A stretch of DNA of 64,000 nucleotides, taken from Candidatus Nomurabacteria bacterium. Its GTDB lineage: Bacteria; Patescibacteriota; Patescibacteriia; HK-STAS-PATE-3. Both the position numbers and the translations under genes were made by a program. The stretch spans positions 480,001 to 544,000 of the forward strand of contig CP060223.1 in assembly GCA_023898465.1 (NCBI GenBank), written 5' to 3'. Shown in pieces: positions 57,399 to 64,000 of this stretch. Below the pieces are notes generated by a model. It was given only the letters and a program-made list of their open reading frames with translations, was not told the origin of the DNA and searched no databases. Within the stretch, counting starts at the first letter, position 1. Each line of letters opens with the position of its first letter.

Positions 57399-57404
57399 CC
57401 CTGC

Positions 57405-58886
57405 ATGCAACGCGCCTCCGGAGTCTTACTGCCGGTCTCTTCACTACCTAGTCCCTATGGCATTGGTGATTTTGGGCCATCTGCGTATACCTATGTAGAT
57501 TGGCTGCAGGAAGCAGGTCAGAGATACTGGACCATCCTGCCTCTCCTTATCCCTGACTCGCTGGGGTCACCCTTTAATACCGTTTCCGCCTTTGCGCTGA
57601 ATTGGCAACTTATTAGCCCGGAACTTCTGGTACAACAGAAACTCCTTGATGCAAAAACTGCTCGTGCGCTACAGAGTGATGCAAAACGAGTTCGCCATCG
57701 TGAGGTAGCGCAAACAAAACGCCGAATTTTGCACCAAGCTTGGAAATATTTCCTTCTTCATGCAAGCGCTCAGCAACGGCGTGACTTTGCTGCTTTTCAA
57801 AAGCAAGAAAAAGACTGGCTAGACGATTTTGCGCTTTATATGGCAATCAAAGAAACGCAGCGAGGTCGACCCTGGTTTCGTTGGATCAACGTCTATCGAG
57901 AACGAGATTTTAAAGCACTGCAAAAGTTTCGCGAGAAACAAAGCGATAGGATACAGCAGCACGCTTTTGGCCAATGGGTTGCTACTCAACAATGGCAGTC
58001 ATTAAAAGACTATGCCAATAAAAAAGGTGTGCGTATTTTTGGCGATCTCCCTTTCGCCGTAGCGCATGACAGCGTTGATGTTTGGAGTCATCCAGAACTT
58101 TTTTACATAAGCCCGCAGGGTAAATCCCTCCAAGTACTTGGAGTTCCACCTGATAGTTTTTCTAAAACCGGACAACTGTGGGGTTCACCGGCTTATAAGT
58201 GGAAAAAACACGCAGCTACTCACTTCCAGTGGTGGGTGCAACGCTTTGCTAAAGCAAGTCAGCTCTATGACATGCTCCGGCTCGATCATTTCCGTGGTTA
58301 CGCAGCGAACTGGGTTATTCCTGGAAAAGCAAAAACAGCCAAGGGTGGACACTGGGAAAAAGTGCCTGGTAAAAAACTCTTCCGCGCAATTCAGAAAAAG
58401 GCTCAACACCTACACTGTGTGGCCGAAGACCTGGGTGTCATAACACCGGATGTGATTGCGCTAAGGAATGCTCTTCAATTTCCCGGCATGCGCATACTTG
58501 AATTTGGCCTAAGTGATGGCAAGCGAAGTGTGCACCATCCTGATAATTATCCAATAAACTGTGTAGCCTATACCGGCACCCACGACCTCCCTCCACTCAA
58601 ACAGTGGTTCCACAATGCAAAGCGCACAAGTAAAATGAATGCGACACGCTATGGGCAGAGCGACACCCAACACATTGGGCAAAATCTCATCCACGCCCTG
58701 CTATGGAACAAAGCGAAAATAGTAATCATACAAATGCAAGACCTGCTTGCGCTTGGCCAGGGCAGCCGTATAAACACCCCAGCCACCAAGCGAAATAACT
58801 GGAGCTGGAGATTGACTTCGACCTCTCTCAGCAAAAAAACAGCGCGAGAGCTAAAAAGTCTGCTCAAAGAAACGCGTCGGATCTAG
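57405..58886 (+). CDS. malQ: 4-alpha-glucanotransferase (amylomaltase, GH77)
   Basis: N-terminus RASGVLLPVSSLPSPYGIGDFGPSAYTYVDWL, typical of MalQ; 493 aa. Confidence 0.85.
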   Translation: MQRASGVLLPVSSLPSPYGIGDFGPSAYTYVDWLQEAGQRYWTILPLLIPDSLGSPFNTVSAFALNWQLISPELLVQQKLLDAKTARALQSDAKRVRHREVAQTKRRILHQAWKYFLLHASAQQRRDFAAFQKQEKDWLDDFALYMAIKETQRGRPWFRWINVYRERDFKALQKFREKQSDRIQQHAFGQWVATQQWQSLKDYANKKGVRIFGDLPFAVAHDSVDVWSHPELFYISPQGKSLQVLGVPPDSFSKTGQLWGSPAYKWKKHAATHFQWWVQRFAKASQLYDMLRLDHFRGYAANWVIPGKAKTAKGGHWEKVPGKKLFRAIQKKAQHLHCVAEDLGVITPDVIALRNALQFPGMRILEFGLSDGKRSVHHPDNYPINCVAYTGTHDLPPLKQWFHNAKRTSKMNATRYGQSDTQHIGQNLIHALLWNKAKIVIIQMQDLLALGQGSRINTPATKRNNWSWRLTSTSLSKKTARELKSLLKETRRI

Positions 58887-58963
58887 TCTTTACTTTTCTT
58901 GTAGAATGCGATAAGTATTGTACAGATTTTGGATAGGTCGCACATTAAAATGGAGGTAATCGG

Positions 58964-59563
58964 ATGTCGCTTATTCAGGCTCGTGTACACGAGCAAATAG
59001 CCTTCAGCAATCAAGCTGATTTCACACGACTACTGCAGCGCTATCTCGTCGCGGACCAAATCCAGCCGGGGCATCAGAACGGTACAGCTGAAGTCTCGGA
59101 AAGGCCGCGGGTGGTTCGTTTTCCTGGATGCCTGGTAGTGACGGCCGCCTATCGAAACCTCGCAGTTGGAGGGATCGACCGGTCAGACCTGCACAGACTG
59201 CATCACTTGCACGCATCACTTCGCGCCGAGCTGTATGAACCTGATGAGCTGGCCCGGGTTGGATTCTGGTCGCAGACTGATCCGGCTGCCGTCGTCACTC
59301 TCACAGCCCTGGGTGGCGGGATTCAAGAGGTTCGCTTCTTCGAATCCGAATGGCAAAGGTGCGATCAAATTCCACTCTTCTTCCAACGACTCCGTGAAGA
59401 GCATGGCGATGACGCAAATATCATCGTGCTAGAAGCGGCAGCTGCGAAGGAGATGCTCGAACTGGGCATCACGCCAAAGAGCTTGCAGTGTTTCTTGGTC
59501 CAGATCGATGCCCACCGGGTTTCTGTCGTCGACAACTTCATGCCAACTTTCGTGCCCAAGTAG
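58964..59563 (+). CDS. Hypothetical protein in a GC-rich islet
   Basis: ORF with GGAGG RBS; GC about 58%; terminator follows at about 59574-59610. Confidence 0.4.
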   Translation: MSLIQARVHEQIAFSNQADFTRLLQRYLVADQIQPGHQNGTAEVSERPRVVRFPGCLVVTAAYRNLAVGGIDRSDLHRLHHLHASLRAELYEPDELARVGFWSQTDPAAVVTLTALGGGIQEVRFFESEWQRCDQIPLFFQRLREEHGDDANIIVLEAAAAKEMLELGITPKSLQCFLVQIDAHRVSVVDNFMPTFVPK

Positions 59564-59621
59564 GAGGATCTCCCAGGCCCTGAGGTAAACACTTCAGGGC
59601 CTTTTTTATTTTACGTATGAC

Positions 59622-59649
59622 TTGACAAAAGCCCTCTTTTTAGTATACT
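59622..59649 (+). promoter_or_regulatory. Near-consensus sigma-70 promoter TTGACA-16 nt-TATACT upstream of the CBM/T9SS-CTD gene
   Basis: Seen in sequence, about 70 nt upstream of the GTG start, which has GAGGAGG 8 nt upstream. Confidence 0.5.
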
Positions 59650-59718
59650 GGCCGGTCTAGAAATAGTAGTAGCTATCGAACGGAACGTATATTCACAAAG
59701 GGAAGAGGAGGCTCAAAC

Positions 59719-61161
59719 GTGGTGCAGAAGACTGCCACGGCTTGGGTCGTGGCATTCATTCTTCTGTTCTGCCACGCTCAAGCCTCGACTGCTACAGTCA
59801 CTCATTTCGTTTTTGGCATGCGCGGCAACGCGAATGTCGACGTGTGTGACAACGGCGACCTTCGCCAGTTTCACACCACGCCGGCAGGTGGACTCGTATT
59901 CACCAGTATGGGAGGTGGCGAATTCGAGATCGGTCTCGAGGGTCAAGTCAGCTGCAGTCGTGATGGAGGAGGTGGAGAAAACCTCATCCAAAACGGCGCT
60001 TTTGACCAGGGCACTTGCTCAGAATGGGAATTGGAGGACCCCAATGGACGCGCTGCAGCATCCTGTAGCAATGAGGGTCGCGTCACCGTGCAGAGTAGCG
60101 GACAATACTACGAAGTCCAGCTCAAGCAATCGATCCCGCTGATCAATGGTCAATGGTATCGTCTGAGCTTCGACGGCGACAGTAGCGTTCGCCACATCAT
60201 ACCGGTCGGAATTATCAATCCGGCCAGCTATGATTCGATCGGCCTCTGGGCTGATTGCGATCTGCACACCGATCGACGCAGCTTCGAATACCTTTTTCGC
60301 TCCAGTGAGACCATCTCTGATGCACGCTTCAGTTTCTACATTGGTGAACATCCGGCGACCTATCGTTTCGACAACGTAACGATAGTGCCGGTTGATCCCA
60401 GTGCAGACTGTTTCCGTGCTCCAGGTGAACTCATTGTGAACGGAGGGTTCGAGTGCGATCAGGTCTGCCAGCACGCTTGGCGATTCGAGGATCACTTTGG
60501 ACCCGGCTATGCTCTGTGCGATGCTGTGTCCCATAGTGGTGCTCACTCAGCCAAGCTACGACCAGCTCAAGCGGGTCAGTACTACGAAACGCAGTATCAG
60601 CAGCTTGTCACTGTCCAACAGGGACAACGCTATGAATTGCGTTTCTACGCCCGGACCAATCGTGACCCGCAGACTATTGTGGTCGAGCTGGTTGACCCAC
60701 AGAGCTTTGCGAACCGCGGACTCGTCTTTGGTCCCGTGCTCAACAGTAGCTGGACTGAGGTGCGACAAAGCTTCACTGCCAATCGTAGTGGTGTTGCTCG
60801 TCTCGGTTTTGCGGTTGGTAACTGGGACCCTGGTACTCCGGTCTGGATCGACGACGTCAGCTTGCGTCCGGTACTTAGCGTCGGAGGCGGTGACGCACAA
60901 AGCGCGACACCATCAGCCCTGGCCACCCAAGCGAACGCTGCAGTCTTTGCTCTAGAGCAACGAGCTGATGTTCGTATCAACGTCTTTGACGTGGGAGGAC
61001 GTCAAATTGCTGGCGAGTCTCGCTCCTTGTCTGCCGGGACTCATACCTACATCTGGGACGGATTGCTGCACAGCGGTGTCCGTGCTCCCAGCGGCATTTA
61101 CTTTGTCCAGGTCACCGGCGCTAGTGTCCATGCCATCAAACGCATTGTAATGGTGCGTTAG
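59719..61161 (+). CDS. Secreted protein with two CBM4/9-like (galactose-binding-like) domains and a C-terminal T9SS-type sorting domain (Por_Secre_tail-like)
   Basis: Signal peptide; LIQNGAFDQGTCSEWELED... and LIVNGGFECDQVCQHAWRFED... CBM-like starts; C-terminus ...RINVFDVGGRQIAGESRSLSAGTHTYIWDGLLHSGVRAPSGIYFVQVTGASVHAIKRIVMVR matches the T9SS CTD pattern. GC about 58%. Confidence 0.6.
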   Translation: MVQKTATAWVVAFILLFCHAQASTATVTHFVFGMRGNANVDVCDNGDLRQFHTTPAGGLVFTSMGGGEFEIGLEGQVSCSRDGGGGENLIQNGAFDQGTCSEWELEDPNGRAAASCSNEGRVTVQSSGQYYEVQLKQSIPLINGQWYRLSFDGDSSVRHIIPVGIINPASYDSIGLWADCDLHTDRRSFEYLFRSSETISDARFSFYIGEHPATYRFDNVTIVPVDPSADCFRAPGELIVNGGFECDQVCQHAWRFEDHFGPGYALCDAVSHSGAHSAKLRPAQAGQYYETQYQQLVTVQQGQRYELRFYARTNRDPQTIVVELVDPQSFANRGLVFGPVLNSSWTEVRQSFTANRSGVARLGFAVGNWDPGTPVWIDDVSLRPVLSVGGGDAQSATPSALATQANAAVFALEQRADVRINVFDVGGRQIAGESRSLSAGTHTYIWDGLLHSGVRAPSGIYFVQVTGASVHAIKRIVMVR

Positions 61162-61193
61162 AGGCTGGAACCATGCGTCAACACATCTACAAC

Positions 61194-61231
61194 AGCGCCT
61201 GAAGAGATTTACTCTCTCAGGCGCTTTTTTG
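61194..61231 (+). terminator. Intrinsic terminator GCGCCTGA...TCAGGCGC followed by T6
   Basis: Seen in sequence. Confidence 0.7.
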
Positions 61232-61287
61232 TATATGAAAAGCCGCCAAAGTTCCGAAGAAGCTTGGCGGCGAGAGACGAGGAGGGA

Positions 61288-61611
61288 TCAGGCGCCCTCA
61301 GTACTGACCTCCTCCTTCCCGCAAAGATGCAGGATGAATGACAATAGCGTGAGGAACCCGAGGATCCCGCCTGCAATAAGCAGGAACCAGCGGCCGAGGT
61401 CTCCGAAGAAACCCCGATAGACTCCTTCGATGAAGGGACGATGACCCGTGCCTTCAAACACGAGTACCGTGGGGAATCCTCCCCAAAACATGAGGAGGGA
61501 GATGATCGCAAGAGTCGCCACCGACACACCCATGGCAAAGGGCGACAGAATGATCGCCAGTCCCATGTGCTTTCCGACCAGCTTGAGCAAACCCGTAAAC
61601 AAGCGTGCCAT
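61288..61611 (-). CDS. Small membrane protein (GC-rich; start MARLFTG)
   Basis: Three TM helices; ORF. Confidence 0.4.
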   Translation of the reverse strand: MARLFTGLLKLVGKHMGLAIILSPFAMGVSVATLAIISLLMFWGGFPTVLVFEGTGHRPFIEGVYRGFFGDLGRWFLLIAGGILGFLTLLSFILHLCGKEEVSTEGA

Positions 61612-61721
61612 AATAGTATTCCTCGTATGTACCGACCTCAAAAGGTCGAGTTTGAGTCAATGTACAAAACGTATCTGGGCAATATAATAGCACATTTCGT
61701 TTATTTTGTCAATATATAAAG

Positions 61722-62996
61722 CTAAAATCTTGCTAATCTTGGCGAATTATCATGCAATACTGTGCTTGCTGCAATAGTTTTACGGAAGCCCACTCGCTCT
61801 TGCGCATGCTTCCGTACATTCCACATTGCTCCCCAACGCAACATATACGCACCATAACGCTCATGCACTCGATCAATCACTGCTTCAACAGCATCGTGAT
61901 TTACCTCGGGCCAAATCTTGAGCTGACCGCTCCTTGGGCGTAAGCGAAAAGTGCCTATGCCTAAAAAAGTAAGGAAGCGTCCATGAACTTCTGGTGCTAA
62001 CATATCCCAGGCCAATTGAAAAAGCTTTCGCCCTTCGCGTAGCCCATCACCTAACTTACGCTGTCCACCGTGTGAAGCGCCTTCAGCCATACGGGTATAT
62101 TCACTTGGCACACTGCGAGCCATTGCCCAGATGCCATGGGCTTCTAAGTTCTTCTGGCGCAATTCCCGAGCAGTCTTTTCGCAAAGCTTCATCAACACCG
62201 CTCGGTGAAAAGTGTGATCGCGCGTACGTTCACGCAAGACATGCGTATGTCCAATTGACTTCGGGTCTCGCTCCTCCTGCACACCGCCTAATTCAATCCC
62301 TTGCACATTTGCCCAGAGCTCATAGCCACGCACTCCGAGAGCCTCCATTAGATTAGTAACTGGATAGCGATAAAGATCCTCGAGAGTAAAAATACCTAAA
62401 GCATGCAGGCGACGTTCATAGCCCTTATTAATCCCCCAAGCCTCAGTCACTGGTCGGCCGGCCAAGTAGCTTGGCACCTGGCGCCGCTCAAGCACAACCG
62501 TCCCACCCTTTGGCGCAATATCAGAGGCGAACTTAGCTAACCAGCGAGTTGGTGCTACCCCAATGGAACACCGCAGCCACTCGCCCACCTCGCGAAAAAT
62601 ACGCTGACGAAAAGCCTCACCTATCTTCGCCACTTCATCAAGTGAATGGGCGTCACCAGTGAAATCAACAAAAGCCTCGTCAATTGAGTAAGGCTCGATA
62701 TCCTCAGAGTACTCAGCCATGATACGAAAAATTGCTTCAGTGGTGGAATGATACTTTGGTGGATCAACCTCTACCACCTTCAGGGCAGGATAAATGTGCA
62801 AACCATCCTTCACCCGCATACCAGTCACAATGCCTAACGCTTTTGCTTCTCGTGAAGTGGCAATCATGCAGCCTCCCGGCGCCATGGTGGCGGCAATGCC
62901 GACCGGCCGACCTCGCAACTTCGGATTCGCCTGCTGCTCGACTGAGGCGAAATACGAGTTCATATCGAAATGGAGAATGAGGCGAGAATGAGACAT
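61722..62996 (-). CDS. dinB: Y-family DNA polymerase (DNA polymerase IV-like)
   Basis: ILHFDMNSYFASVEQQANPKLRGRPVGIAA with catalytic D-x-D...E, little-finger region; 424 aa. Confidence 0.85.
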   Translation of the reverse strand: MSHSRLILHFDMNSYFASVEQQANPKLRGRPVGIAATMAPGGCMIATSREAKALGIVTGMRVKDGLHIYPALKVVEVDPPKYHSTTEAIFRIMAEYSEDIEPYSIDEAFVDFTGDAHSLDEVAKIGEAFRQRIFREVGEWLRCSIGVAPTRWLAKFASDIAPKGGTVVLERRQVPSYLAGRPVTEAWGINKGYERRLHALGIFTLEDLYRYPVTNLMEALGVRGYELWANVQGIELGGVQEERDPKSIGHTHVLRERTRDHTFHRAVLMKLCEKTARELRQKNLEAHGIWAMARSVPSEYTRMAEGASHGGQRKLGDGLREGRKLFQLAWDMLAPEVHGRFLTFLGIGTFRLRPRSGQLKIWPEVNHDAVEAVIDRVHERYGAYMLRWGAMWNVRKHAQERVGFRKTIAASTVLHDNSPRLARF

Positions 62997-63136
62997 ACGA
63001 TTACTTAACTAGATTGACAAAACAAGCTTATGGGTGGTAAGTAAGAGGACTGTCTGATGCCCCTGAATCGGGTGTCTGTGAGCACTTACTCACATCCGTG
63101 GTGGAGACAGTGTTCCTTACACAGGAGGTAAAACCT

Positions 63137-63655
63137 ATGAGTCGCAAGAGTGCTCACCAAACGAGGACTCCATCAGACATCAACGAAGAATCACCCTTTC
63201 TCAGAACGCTCTACTATTCCTTGATGAAGTGGAGTACGGTCCCGAGGAAAGAGATCGTGCCCGAACTACAGGACGAAATGAGACTGCGAGCTGAGACAAT
63301 GGGTCTCAGCGTCACTCTCTCCAGCGGCGTTCAGGGACCGAGCTACACCGACGTCGTGCTTGGGCTTTACGTCCTGCTGACCCGTAGCTACGTCGAGAGG
63401 TCTATCCAGAACATCATCTGGGGAGTCCTGGGTCACTGCACAAATCATCAGTTCGCCAAGTTCATCCGTTTGACCAACGCGCGGCACAACCCTAATCCCG
63501 AGAGCAGGACAAGGGCGATGAGGGCGCTCTATGAAATCGCTTCATTGGGCCATAGTCGCTGGCTCAATGTTGGGAAGTCCTGGCAACGGGGCGCGAGGTG
63601 GCGCATGAACGAGCTGATCAACTCTGGTCGCTTCGAGGCCCCAATCTATTGGTAA
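63137..63655 (+). CDS. Hypothetical protein (GC-rich; start MSRKSAHQ with AGGAGG RBS), followed by an intrinsic terminator at about 63666-63700
   Basis: ORF, RBS, terminator AGCCCAG...CTGGGCT followed by T7. Confidence 0.4.
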   Translation: MSRKSAHQTRTPSDINEESPFLRTLYYSLMKWSTVPRKEIVPELQDEMRLRAETMGLSVTLSSGVQGPSYTDVVLGLYVLLTRSYVERSIQNIIWGVLGHCTNHQFAKFIRLTNARHNPNPESRTRAMRALYEIASLGHSRWLNVGKSWQRGARWRMNELINSGRFEAPIYW

Positions 63656-63698
63656 GGAAGCTACATAGCCCAGACACTCCGGTGTGCTGGGCTTTTTT

Positions 63699-63884
63699 CT
63701 ACTTCACAAACTCCACCTTTTCACACTCACTGCAATACATAGGCTTCATCGCATGCGTCACAAAGGAAGGTAAAGCACGCATAGGCTTAGCGCATTGACT
63801 GCAGCGCTTTGTGCCCCGCTCCTGTTTTGTTTCTCGAATCGTACGCGGTGTCATATATTTTCGTTTGCCCTCCATAGACACCAT
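63699..63884 (-). CDS. Small Zn-ribbon protein (CSQC...CSEC)
   Basis: Two CxxC pairs; 61 aa. Confidence 0.3.
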   Translation of the reverse strand: MVSMEGKRKYMTPRTIRETKQERGTKRCSQCAKPMRALPSFVTHAMKPMYCSECEKVEFVK

Positions 63885-64000
63885 TCCAAGCGTATGGTGT
63901 CAAAACAAAGATCAAAAGTGTTGTCCTGGCTTGAAACAGCAAAATGATAATAAAGCTTATTGCCATCTCGGCGCCGATAGGTCAGATTCACCCGCTCCAC

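Noticed and set aside
59813-60980. Multiple ORFs on both strands inside the CBM/T9SS-CTD gene (59813..60142, 60019..60546, 60497..60955, 60556..60900, 60645..60980)
   Set aside because: High-GC region; the 480-aa + frame has a signal peptide, recognisable domains, an RBS and a promoter.

Overview
The 64 kb window is almost entirely coding, mostly on the minus strand, from a low-GC (about 42-48%) bacterium. Its gene content resembles a CPR/Patescibacteria-like or other small-genome monoderm lineage; this is an inference from content, not from any search. All coordinates for hand-called features may be off by 1-2 nt. Housekeeping genes recognised from motifs are metK, dnaX, cysS, mnmA, malQ, a Y-family polymerase (dinB-like), tRNA-Gln(CUG), an ECF sigma/anti-sigma pair, a copper-efflux cluster (ArsR-TRASH regulator, CopA, CopZ, a membrane protein with a cupredoxin domain) and a MacB-type ABC exporter. 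Accessory content is dense. (1) A confident heliorhodopsin sits in a small membrane-protein operon next to an MFS transporter. (2) A lipid-linked pentose glycosylation cluster carries Ugd, UXS, an epimerase, GT2, GtrA and a GT-C enzyme. (3) A secretome block holds a subtilase with FG-GAP repeats, an apparently degenerate HtrA-like PDZ protein, two tandem TSP3-repeat anchor proteins and an eRF1-like (Host_attach/baeRF-like) protein. (4) A type IV coupling-protein-like ATPase with an apparent +1 frameshift lies beside a membrane-anchored ClpB-D1-only AAA+ protein and a pilin-like mini-protein. (5) An OmpR two-component system has a histidine kinase carrying an in-frame TAA, translationally coupled to a prenyltransferase/terpene-cyclase-like protein with a DxDDT motif. 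(6) A roughly 360-nt GC-rich candidate ncRNA has a consensus sigma-70 promoter and an intrinsic terminator but no ORF. (7) Several GC-rich (about 55-58%) islets carry secreted or lipoproteins, one with a T9SS-type C-terminal sorting domain, which suggests foreign origin or a chimeric assembly. (8) A 1806-aa LVIVD/FN3 surface protein lies next to an ABC ATPase with a tandem-repeat C-terminal extension. No CRISPR array, transposase or integrase was seen.
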